The notes under the pieces are model-generated. The model had not been told where the DNA came from. It saw nothing but the letters and a program-made list of their open reading frames with translations, and searched no databases. Shown here one piece after another: positions 9,893 through 18,214 of a stretch of DNA of 64,000 bases. Position numbers and translations under genes: made by a program. How positions within the stretch are numbered: the first letter of the stretch is position 1; every line of letters starts with the position of its first letter. Source of the stretch: an uncultured Poribacteria bacterium (GTDB lineage: Bacteria > Poribacteria > WGA-4E > WGA-3G); contig OX638351.1 in assembly GCA_951813565.1 (NCBI GenBank), positions 2,752,001-2,816,000 of the forward strand. The letters are read 5' to 3'.

Positions 9893-10396
9893 TCACTGTT
9901 TCTCCCAGATTTGCACATTATGGCGTGGTAAATCAAAAGGATATTCTCCGTATTCAAGGATTGGGATGCCGTTATCATCTACGGTGACAATAGCGTAGAG
10001 TTGATGGGGAGAAACACTTGTGTCTACCCGTTCAAGGAATTGCCACTTATCTCCTTCAGCGGTTATAAGCCTTATTTTTGTCCAGAGGATACCTTCACCA
10101 TCAGTGTATGTTCCATCTGATGTTTGTAGAATAGGTTGAGGATCTGCAGGTAGGGTAAAACTTTCTCCGATTGTAGATGTCGAATTTAGGTGGTTATGTG
10201 ATACTAACACCCATGTTCCGGGAACAGGCACTTCAATACCGTTCTGGTCAACAGGCCATACATGGTCACGTTCTTCTATCGGAGTTGGAGTTTCCAACTG
10301 AGAATCTAATACTTGTGAGACTCGTTCACAACCGGAAAACCCAAAAACTAAAACAGTAAGAGCTAATATAAACGTAAGTTTTGTGATTGTTTTCAT
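9893..10396 (-). CDS. Hypothetical lipoprotein
   Basis: Signal peptide with FSGC lipobox. Confidence 0.7.
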   Translation of the reverse strand: MKTITKLTFILALTVLVFGFSGCERVSQVLDSQLETPTPIEERDHVWPVDQNGIEVPVPGTWVLVSHNHLNSTSTIGESFTLPADPQPILQTSDGTYTDGEGILWTKIRLITAEGDKWQFLERVDTSVSPHQLYAIVTVDDNGIPILEYGEYPFDLPRHNVQIWEKQ

Positions 10397-10462
10397 AAGC
10401 ACGTTGAATTCCTTTGTTTTAAAATAATTGTAATGGTTGGTAGGATATGTCCGTTTGAGAAT

Positions 10463-10710
10463 TTATAAACTTACTGTAGAATTTTCATTCGTGTAAACAA
10501 CCATTTGTGCTTTTTCTCTATCTGCTGCATACGCAAGACATGCTTGAATGTCGGTCTCAGTTAAATAGGGAAAATCATCAAGAATTTCGTCTACTGTCAT
10601 GCCCGAAGCAAGATAGTCTAAGACATCGTAAACGGTGATTCGCATTCCCGAATACAAGGTTTTCCTCCGCGTTTCCCAGGTTCAATGGTAATAATGTCTC
10701 GGTAATTCAT
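10463..10710 (-). pseudogene. DUF433 (VapB45-like antitoxin) gene with -1 frameshift
   Basis: GGAGG RBS; MNYRDIITIEPGKRGGKPCIR / MRITVYDVLDYLASGMT.DEIL.DFPYL; restoring one G at 10647-10649 gives the canonical KPCIRGMRITV. Confidence 0.85.
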
Positions 10711-10917
10711 CTATCCGACCTCCCAAGTAAGTTTTACAATTCCAGATTTACTTTTCGACCCTTTAACGGTGTTAATCCACTGTAATGATATTATAGGTCT
10801 TACATCTAACTTACGTTATATTATACCACAATATTATCAACTTGTAAAATTTTTCTATCCATTCGTTTAAATTGTGCTATTTTTGCGATTCACAAATTAT
10901 TAGGTAACCTATTACTT

Positions 10918-11283
10918 TCAACCGACAGTCTTATCCTTTCGCTGGTGGACAATGACATGATTACCATCGGGGTCTGCGACAATCGCCCAAAAACATACTG
11001 CAGATTCCCCCAGAGGTGCATGTATATGGATTCCAGCTTGTTCTAATTCCTGGACAGTAGCCTTTGCGTCTTCAACTGCAAGCGCGACTGTCCCGCCACC
11101 GGGAGACGTAAAATCATAACCCTGCCCTAACACAAGTGTGCCGGGATTTATCTCAAATTCTGCCCATGTGCCTTCATGCACTAAACATGCCAGTGGAATC
11201 CCAAGTACATCACGATAAAAGGCGATTGATTTCTGCATATCACTCACCCGAAAGAAAGTAAAGTCGATACCTAATACATTCAA
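10918..11283 (-). CDS. VOC/glyoxalase-family protein
   Basis: VSDM.KS.AFY.DVLG, DPDGN motifs. Confidence 0.88.
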   Translation of the reverse strand: MNVLGIDFTFFRVSDMQKSIAFYRDVLGIPLACLVHEGTWAEFEINPGTLVLGQGYDFTSPGGGTVALAVEDAKATVQELEQAGIHIHAPLGESAVCFWAIVADPDGNHVIVHQRKDKTVG

Positions 11284-11320
11284 AGCTGCAATCTCCTCTG
11301 CTCACTTTTACAATGATGTA

Positions 11321-12292
11321 CTAAGCAGCAAGTGTTTGGATCGGATATTCGTTATCGTATTCGGGGGCTGCCCAGAACGGACTCCAATCTGTGGCTCGCT
11401 CCTTTCCGATGTAAAGCGTCTTTCCGATAACTGCCCATGCTGTTCCATCGGATGTAAACGCAATACAACCCGTGCGAATTCGATCGGTGGATTCTGTGAG
11501 CTGATCGTTGAGTTGAGTCCACGTCGCGCCACCATTCTCCGAACGACAGAGCCAAGCGCCACCGCCTCTTGGTCCGTTTTGAACTGTGGCGATCAGTAAG
11601 TCTGGGTCTGCTGGATGTACTGCAATAGCGGTGCCGTAGCGAACCGGCAACCCTTCAATCCGGTTTACCCACGAGTTCCCTCGGTCTTTGCTGACATAGA
11701 CACCGTTTTGGGTATTCGCATAAACTTGATGATCGTCCGCGGGACATGTAGCGACCTGATGGACATCTTTATGAAGTTCTGGCGTTACAGGTTCCCACGA
11801 AACACCTTCATCGGGGGAACGCATGACACTTCCCACATGGATATCTGCATAACAAAAACCGTCTTGAGTTTTAGCAAAAGTCCGCACGGCTGGTGGGCCT
11901 CCCCACGGCGTATACCAATCTTTCCGACATTCTAATTCGTCAAATGCGATGACCCGTTCAGCCGGCCCTTCTTCTCCAACGAGGCGATAGACATAAGCAC
12001 CCTCATCCGTTCCGATGAGCAGAGTCAACGGATCCTCACGAACAACGAGCAACGAAGCGATTGGATCCTCTATACCTGTTGGAATCTGTTTCTCACCATC
12101 CTCCGATAAAACCAGTAGCGTTCCATCCGACAAAGCGGACACCACGGTTTGACCGCTTGACAGTGAAACCATTGCACCGTGCGGAGCCTTTCCGCCGAGA
12201 CCTTGATAGTCTGTGCTTTTGTAGATTATGGTGGGTTCACCACTTCCATTATCTTCAACAGCATAGATAGCGTTGTAAGTAGCAATAAACAT
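11321..12292 (-). CDS. Beta-propeller protein with BNR/Asp-box repeats
   Basis: S.D.G.SW repeats (SPDEGVSW, SKDRGNSW, SENGGATW). Confidence 0.8.
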   Translation of the reverse strand: MFIATYNAIYAVEDNGSGEPTIIYKSTDYQGLGGKAPHGAMVSLSSGQTVVSALSDGTLLVLSEDGEKQIPTGIEDPIASLLVVREDPLTLLIGTDEGAYVYRLVGEEGPAERVIAFDELECRKDWYTPWGGPPAVRTFAKTQDGFCYADIHVGSVMRSPDEGVSWEPVTPELHKDVHQVATCPADDHQVYANTQNGVYVSKDRGNSWVNRIEGLPVRYGTAIAVHPADPDLLIATVQNGPRGGGAWLCRSENGGATWTQLNDQLTESTDRIRTGCIAFTSDGTAWAVIGKTLYIGKERATDWSPFWAAPEYDNEYPIQTLAA

Positions 12293-12300
12293 TATGTTCC

Positions 12301-12450
12301 CTGTTCCTTCAAAACTGTGTTTCTCAATGTAAACATCAGTTTTAGTGTTCCTGCTTCAGCGTCCACTGCCTTCCAACGAGGTCTTACACGGACTCGATAG
12401 GCGTTTTACATCTCATGCGAACCGCACACGATGGTTCTTAGGTTGATAGC
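12301..12450 (-). ncRNA. Putative omegaRNA/reRNA scaffold of TnpB
   Basis: Overlaps tnpB 3' end and runs to the predicted right end; contains GTAAGACC...GAAGCAGGAA and a terminal hairpin; 5' boundary approximate. Confidence 0.55.
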
Positions 12451-13500
12451 AGCATTTACGTCGCGGTCTTCTGTGAAACCGCAACTTTGGCAATGATATT
12501 GCCTTTCTGATAGTGATAAATCTTCTTTCTTATCACCGCAGCGGCTACAGGTCTTGCTTGAGGCGAAAAACTGCGGGGCTTCTACAACAGGTATACCCAA
12601 CCCTTCGGCTTTGGATTTGAGTTTCGCCAGAAAACCACTGATCGCTGAATCCGATAAGGCTTTCGCCAGTTTCTGATTCTTGAGCATGTTCGTAATTTTC
12701 AGCGTTTCAATACCGATAGCACTCGCATTCTTAACTATCTCCGTTGTCGCTTTATGGTGTGCGTCCTCACGGATGCAGGCAATACGATAGTGGAGTTTTT
12801 CCACTGCCTCTTTCTGCTTATACCAATTGTTGGATCGAAACACCTTCTTGCTCAACTTACGTTGCTCCCGCTTAAGTTTTCGCTCATAACGCTTCAGCGG
12901 TCTTGGGTTCTCATACTTTGTGCCATCATCAAGAGTTGCGAGAGTGTTGATACCTACATCTATGCCGACGACAGGGAGTCCACGGGTATCACGTGGAACA
13001 TTCGGTAATCCTGTTTCGACAAGGATGCTAACGAACCAACGATGCGCTTTCCTTGAAATTGTCACGCGACGGATTTCACCGTCAAACCTCAACGCTTCAA
13101 ACATAGAAACCTTCCCAATTTTCGGGAGACGGATATGTTTGCCTTCCACTTTTACCTTTGTGCCTTCAACCGTATAGGACTGACGGTGTGAACGCTTTTT
13201 ATACTTCGGAAACTTGTTTGCTCCATCCTTCCAACGTTTGATAGCCTCACCAAGATTCTCAAACGCATACGCAGAGGCGCGCTGATCACAGGCACCGCAC
13301 CAGTCAAACTTCTCACGTTTTGCGGCGTTGAACCGTTGGCGCAACGTCCGAGCAGAACGCCATTCGTCTTTCGACAAACCGTCTTTGAAATCAGAGAGTC
13401 CATAGTTGAACGCAACACGCGCATAACCGCATTGTTGGGCAAACCATGACCGCTGTTTTTCTGTAGCGCGCAAGGCTATCTTGTGTGCTTCTAATGCCAT
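12406..13500 (-). CDS. tnpB: RNA-guided endonuclease TnpB
   Basis: N-terminal HKIAL...CGYARVAFN, RuvC-I GIDVG, RuvC-II GIETL, Zn ribbon CSRC/CQSC, RuvC-III DRDVNAAIN. Confidence 0.95.
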   Translation of the reverse strand: MALEAHKIALRATEKQRSWFAQQCGYARVAFNYGLSDFKDGLSKDEWRSARTLRQRFNAAKREKFDWCGACDQRASAYAFENLGEAIKRWKDGANKFPKYKKRSHRQSYTVEGTKVKVEGKHIRLPKIGKVSMFEALRFDGEIRRVTISRKAHRWFVSILVETGLPNVPRDTRGLPVVGIDVGINTLATLDDGTKYENPRPLKRYERKLKREQRKLSKKVFRSNNWYKQKEAVEKLHYRIACIREDAHHKATTEIVKNASAIGIETLKITNMLKNQKLAKALSDSAISGFLAKLKSKAEGLGIPVVEAPQFFASSKTCSRCGDKKEDLSLSERQYHCQSCGFTEDRDVNAAINLRTIVCGSHEM

Positions 13501-13513
13501 TCGGGTATATCTC

Positions 13514-13597
13514 GTATCTCGTTTTTACCGCTTGTCAGAGTCGGTCGGCGAGGAGACCGCACTTGCGTGCGGCTGACAAGTCCTCGCCACGAGATAC
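13514..13597 (-). ncRNA. Candidate structured 5' leader RNA of tnpB (three-way junction with loop-bulge kissing/pseudoknot)
   Basis: Perfect complementarities 13514-22/13589-97, 13547-54/13581-88, 13531-38/13573-80, and 13557-62/13567-72 (GCAA loop on minus strand). Confidence 0.65.
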
Positions 13598-13601
13598 TAT
13601 C

Positions 13602-13631
13602 ATTATACTACTTTTCTACACGAAATGTGAA
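13602..13631 (-). promoter_or_regulatory. Element-borne sigma70 promoter driving leader+tnpB
   Basis: TTCACA-18 nt-TATAAT; predicted start site coincides with the first paired base of the leader. Confidence 0.5.
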
Positions 13632-13671
13632 GAAAAACATACAGAAACATAGAAAAAGAACTGTTTAGGAA

Positions 13672-14301
13672 CTACTCCTTTTTCGTGTAGCATCGGAATA
13701 ACTTTGGTCCGTAGTGGAAGTCTGGATCAAGCTTTGCAGCTTCTTTAACCGCCTCTTGTTCAGTATAGGTTGTCGTTGTGTAATCGCGGCCATAATCACG
13801 CTCCCGTGTCATGAGATTATAGAAAAAGTTGACAGCAAAAACCAATCCTGAAACGGTATCAACATAGCCTTCAGTGGGTCCGATGTAGGAGCGGTAACCG
13901 GACTTTAGGAAGGCTTCAGCCAATGGCTGTCTGCCGGCGCCACAAGGTATAGCGATTAGGGTGCCCTCTCGGTTTTGGACATGTTCAGTAATTTTATCGG
14001 GTGTCAATTCAACGATGACCGAGTCCCAATCTTCTTCGTTTTCGTAATCGCCCGAAGCCTGATCTACAACGTCAAGTCTGAGGGCCATATCCTCTGGCGT
14101 GCCGCCTCCGCCGTGGCAAAGGATGATCGTATACGCATAGTTACGAGGTTGTGCGAAGAAATCAAACACTTGTGGTTTCTGGACAAAGCGATAGAAATCA
14201 ACACGCAGCCTAAAACTTTCGAGCATTCCACGAAGGGCAGACGCTTCTTCAGTCATCGTATGGTCACAAACGATTGCAACCGGTGTAAATAGTCTTAACA
14301 T
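13672..14301 (-). CDS. Stand-alone CHAT/caspase-fold-like protein
   Basis: YTIILCHG...TLIAIPC...LAEAFLKSG..SYIG...VD...F...FFYNL resembles the CHAT His-Cys dyad pattern; AGAGGA RBS. Confidence 0.6.
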   Translation of the reverse strand: MLRLFTPVAIVCDHTMTEEASALRGMLESFRLRVDFYRFVQKPQVFDFFAQPRNYAYTIILCHGGGGTPEDMALRLDVVDQASGDYENEEDWDSVIVELTPDKITEHVQNREGTLIAIPCGAGRQPLAEAFLKSGYRSYIGPTEGYVDTVSGLVFAVNFFYNLMTRERDYGRDYTTTTYTEQEAVKEAAKLDPDFHYGPKLFRCYTKKE

Positions 14302-14473
14302 TTGAAATTTCCTCTTATAATTTTACTATGTTCTATACAAGTTGGATACAGTATACTAAAGTTTGAACCATTTTTTAGAATCTTTAGGTGGTAAACTGGA
14401 TTGAGAAATACCTTAATGGAAGTAAAATCTTCACGAGTTAGGGAAGAAGTGCAAACTCAGAAGAACCTGCAAT

Positions 14474-15040
14474 TCACAGTATGTCTTGTGAGAATAGTGA
14501 GAACACTATAGTATTCGGTATACCGTCATTCAAAGGAGAATTATCTTTTACTCGTTTTTTCTCAGAAGGATTGAGTTTTTCAATGACTCGTGCACTCGGA
14601 ACATTTTCAATTGAAGTCACCACATCAATACGTTTGAGTCCAAGCTGCTCAAATCCAAAGCGCGCAAGAAGTCTTGAAGCAGCCGTTGCAATGCCTTGTC
14701 TTGTTCGAGACGTTCTCACCCAATATCCAAGGTTCGCCGTTTGGTTAATCCAGTTGACCTCATCTAAACCACACCCACCTAAAATGCTGCCGGTTATCGC
14801 ATCGGTAATGACAAAGTGGTATTCACTTCGTTGTTCCCAGAATCTCGGAATCATCTTTTCAATCCATGTCTGAGCTTCTTCAATTGAATAATCTTGATGA
14901 CACCACGATAGATGACGTGATACTTCTGCAACCGACTCTCGCACAGCCTCAAAATATGGATGAACGTCACTGGATTTGTGGGTACGAATGGTGATTGTTC
15001 CATCGCTAAGTTCCGTTGGGGTTTCGACAGTGAGTGTCAT
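14474..15040 (-). CDS. GNAT N-acetyltransferase (RimJ/RimL family)
   Basis: ANLGYWVRTS..RQGIAT.A, GFEQLGLKRI, EN.PS.RV.EK. Confidence 0.9.
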   Translation of the reverse strand: MTLTVETPTELSDGTITIRTHKSSDVHPYFEAVRESVAEVSRHLSWCHQDYSIEEAQTWIEKMIPRFWEQRSEYHFVITDAITGSILGGCGLDEVNWINQTANLGYWVRTSRTRQGIATAASRLLARFGFEQLGLKRIDVVTSIENVPSARVIEKLNPSEKKRVKDNSPLNDGIPNTIVFSLFSQDIL

Positions 15041-15107
15041 TAATATAACCTTTTTATTTTTACGAATGGGTTAGGTGAAAGTTTAATTTTCAGAAGATGA
15101 TTTCTCT

Positions 15108-16208
15108 TCAGCCATCGATTAAACGCAAGTCTATAATTGCTGCAATAAATCGCTCGGCTACTGCTTGTGCGAGTTTATTTTCCCTGTCATTTTTTGGATT
15201 TAATGAAGCCACCATAAGGACTGCTTGGACAAAGTAACGTGATATAGCGAGGCGATAGTCTTCCCAACACGCCTCGAAGGTATATCCATTAACTCCATTT
15301 GTCTTTAGTGTTTCGTGATAGATTTTTAGGAGTTGCTGTTCCTCCACCTGCCGGTTTGATGTAACTTGCAAGCACCCGCCGATAAACCATGCAACGTCCC
15401 AAACTCCCTCTCCGCGTGATATATCTTGCCAGTCAATCACGGCAAAGCCTGGTTTTCCAAGAGAAGCACCAAAAAACACGTTCTCCAAGCGAAAATCACC
15501 GTGGACCAGGGTTTTCGGTGGTTTCCTGAATTGGGGCTTATCCATTAATTTCTCAGGCAATTGTTCTCCAAAAGCCTTAGCAGCATCAGTTAACAGAACT
15601 CCTACTTTGCTAAGAAAAATAGGAAATGCTTTTCGATATTGATCGAGAACCCAACAGGTCATGGAATCAGAATCCGTTGGCGACCCAGGTAACCAGTCAA
15701 ACCCTTCAAGCTTTTCATTTTGCCACCAGTGGGCATGAAAACCGGCAATTGCACGGAGAGCAAGTGCTGTTTCTTCTGCTGTACTTCCTTTGATTTGATC
15801 TCCGACTTTAGCCGGGGCAAGGTCTTCAAGAATCCGAACATACTTCCCATCCGGGACGTTCATCGCACTGTAATAACAATAGGGAGTGCGAAGGTGCGTC
15901 TCTTTGACAAGTTGCTGATAAAATAAAATTTCGCACTTGTCTGGCGTAAATGGACGCGTTTTTACCCGCATAGTTTCATCTGGCGCATGTAGTTTGGCAA
16001 CCAGCGTGCTTGGTAGTGCTGATTGAGATTGACTAAAACTGAGATGCAAACGTGCTAACTGTCCAGCGCAAGTCAACTCAGCGATTGGTTCAATGCGAAG
16101 TGATGTTACGACAGCATTCAGGGATATACCAGTTGAACATAAGGCTTCAGTGAGCCATTGAGGTGTAATATCCTTAGGTGTGTCGGGAATACTTAAAAGA
16201 TCCATCAA
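15108..16208 (-). CDS. APH/EcKinase-like phosphotransferase
   Basis: LVHGDFRLENVFF, VIDWQ, D.AWF. Confidence 0.88.
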   Translation of the reverse strand: MMDLLSIPDTPKDITPQWLTEALCSTGISLNAVVTSLRIEPIAELTCAGQLARLHLSFSQSQSALPSTLVAKLHAPDETMRVKTRPFTPDKCEILFYQQLVKETHLRTPYCYYSAMNVPDGKYVRILEDLAPAKVGDQIKGSTAEETALALRAIAGFHAHWWQNEKLEGFDWLPGSPTDSDSMTCWVLDQYRKAFPIFLSKVGVLLTDAAKAFGEQLPEKLMDKPQFRKPPKTLVHGDFRLENVFFGASLGKPGFAVIDWQDISRGEGVWDVAWFIGGCLQVTSNRQVEEQQLLKIYHETLKTNGVNGYTFEACWEDYRLAISRYFVQAVLMVASLNPKNDRENKLAQAVAERFIAAIIDLRLIDG

Positions 16209-16265
16209 GTTCTAATCAACGATTTCTTTTCTCAAAAAGGTGCTACAAACAATAAGGTCTTTTTG

Positions 16266-16907
16266 TTAGGCATGCAGCATTTTCAGGAATGTATCATGAC
16301 GTGAAAAGTCTTCGACCCAATATTCACACTTTCCCTTTAACCGTGTTCCGACTCCTATGAAGTGCCATCCGAGTTCTTGGGTCGCCTGCATATCCCATTC
16401 AGCATCGCCTATGTATACGATACGCTGGAAGCAATGACCTAATTGCAATAGGCATTTCTTCATAATCACCACGCGTTCATCACCATCATCACTGGAAGTT
16501 AAAATCGTATTCTTCAAGTTAAATCCTGCGTGCCGAAGTTTCATTTTCGCGGTATGTCTCCAACCGCCTGTCGCGAATCCAACTTCGTAGTCCTCTGCAG
16601 CGAGAAGTTTATTAATCAAATGAGTAGCACCTCCTTTTGGGAAGCATTTGCCACCGTTTTGAAAATGCTGCCGAATCAATTCGCCGAATTTTGTGCGAAC
16701 TTCCTCAACTTGTCCCGCTTCCTGAATATTATTCTCTTCCATGATTTGTCGCAAACTACCTGTGTCGGTTACATTCTTGTATTTGCTCCAATCATCATGG
16801 ATATAAACTTCACCCAGGACTTCTCTTATCGCGGAAATGTAACAGGTATCATCGAAACCGAAACTTTCCACCAAAGTGCCATCAATATCAAATATCGTGG
16901 CAATCAT
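16266..16907 (-). CDS. HAD-family hydrolase
   Basis: FDIDGTL motif I, YIGDAEWD motif IV. Confidence 0.9.
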   Translation of the reverse strand: MIATIFDIDGTLVESFGFDDTCYISAIREVLGEVYIHDDWSKYKNVTDTGSLRQIMEENNIQEAGQVEEVRTKFGELIRQHFQNGGKCFPKGGATHLINKLLAAEDYEVGFATGGWRHTAKMKLRHAGFNLKNTILTSSDDGDERVVIMKKCLLQLGHCFQRIVYIGDAEWDMQATQELGWHFIGVGTRLKGKCEYWVEDFSRHDTFLKMLHA

Positions 16908-17174
16908 TTATTACTTTTTCCCTATTTTTTGGGTTGTTATACCATTTCTAAAGTTTATATCGCATTAACCGCACCTTAGTGCACAGACTAACAGTCTATG
17001 CTACAAAGGAAACGCAAACTGAAAGTTTATGCTACAATTTCAATCAGAAATGGTATTATGTTCAGGACGATCACCCCTTATGCGTGGGTGCAGTTCACGT
17101 TCTATCCGTGTAGCATCGCCGCGTTCAGGTGCTCCGTTTTCTCGGAGTATTTCAGTGAGGCGTTTGGGAGTCAG

Positions 17175-18047
17175 TTACTCGTCCCCGGTGGAATTCACGA
17201 GCAGTTTTCGTCCATTCAGGGGTTGTACTGGTCGGTTGTTGTCATGAATAATCGCTTTGAATGCTGCGATTTGTGCTTCAGACATCTCGATCGGGGTTGT
17301 CAGTACAATCCATTTGACACCTTCTGAACACGGCGGGGTCGTCAACGAACCGTCGTAACGATAGTAGTGCCGGAAACGCGACGGTGCTTTGTCGGTTATC
17401 TGATCATTTGGTGAGAACATAAAACGAGGATCGACTATTAAGCTGCCATCCTCGGTGACATTCTCAATACGTTGCGTTTCACCTGAGCCTGCGGGTAGAT
17501 GAGACCAGATAGGGTCAAATGCGAAGTTGTGACGACCTCTCTGAATTAGCAATCCAACAACTGCCAACATGCCATCTTCACTTTTGTGAACGAAATGCAC
17601 CTCCATATCAAAGGATTTACCGGCCACCGTGTGTTCGCTCGGTGCATGGAAATGGAATTGGAGCAGCTGATACCGCGTGCCATCAACCTCAATCCAACTT
17701 CCTTTTGGACATGCGACTTCAATTGTATGGCCAGTGTTGCGGATGTTCATGCTTGTTGGATGGTAGTTGTACGGAATAGAATAAAGTTTTGCTGGTGTGG
17801 GGTTCGTAAGATCAATTGGCGATTGGTGTTTACCCTCAGCACACAAGACGTATTCGGGACTGAGCTGCGCCCAAACCCCGGGGCCATTTTCTGCTTCGTA
17901 GCCCCATTCCACTTTCCCGGTGGTGGATGTGACACTCCGTGCCTTTCCACAGCCTGTTATACACATAAGCACACACATAATACTTATCAATGAATTTGCA
18001 ATATGATGCAAACCACGTCCTAAAGTTAACTTTGCATAGTTATCCAT
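17175..18047 (-). CDS. Alpha carbonic anhydrase (probable lipoprotein)
   Basis: QSPID, QFHFHAPSEH, EVHFVH, GSLTTPPCSEGV.W, N.RP.QPLNGR. Confidence 0.95.
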   Translation of the reverse strand: MDNYAKLTLGRGLHHIANSLISIMCVLMCITGCGKARSVTSTTGKVEWGYEAENGPGVWAQLSPEYVLCAEGKHQSPIDLTNPTPAKLYSIPYNYHPTSMNIRNTGHTIEVACPKGSWIEVDGTRYQLLQFHFHAPSEHTVAGKSFDMEVHFVHKSEDGMLAVVGLLIQRGRHNFAFDPIWSHLPAGSGETQRIENVTEDGSLIVDPRFMFSPNDQITDKAPSRFRHYYRYDGSLTTPPCSEGVKWIVLTTPIEMSEAQIAAFKAIIHDNNRPVQPLNGRKLLVNSTGDE

Positions 18048-18214
18048 TTTAACATTCCTTTCGGAGTGGATGCCTTTCTGCAGTAATTAGCATCCGCAGT
18101 AGTCATTATATCTAAACACTCACCTTTGCTTCACCTATACGTCATTTCTGGAAGTTGCCGAGGATGCACAGCAGCCGTCCATCAGTACCTTCTAATATGA
18201 GACAGATTTACATC

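Larger units (their letters stand above)
12301..13665 (-). mobile_element. Non-autonomous tnpB-only IS (IS607/IS200-IS605 superfamily)
   Basis: CTGTT repeated at 12301-12305 and 13661-13665; 10-nt periodic A-rich repeats at 13631-13660; subterminal hairpin 12311-12343; removing the element leaves a plausible 19-nt intergenic region; no tnpA. Confidence 0.8.

Noticed and set aside
12406..13500. Cas12f or nuclease-dead TldR
   Set aside because: There is no CRISPR array nearby, all three RuvC acidic residues are present, and IS-like ends are visible.
13514..13597. HDV-like ribozyme or IStron group I intron upstream of tnpB
   Set aside because: The helix order is superficially HDV-like, but the inner hairpin is 6 bp with a GCAA loop and lacks the L3/P1.1 and J4/2 catalytic features. 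The region is far too short for a group I intron.
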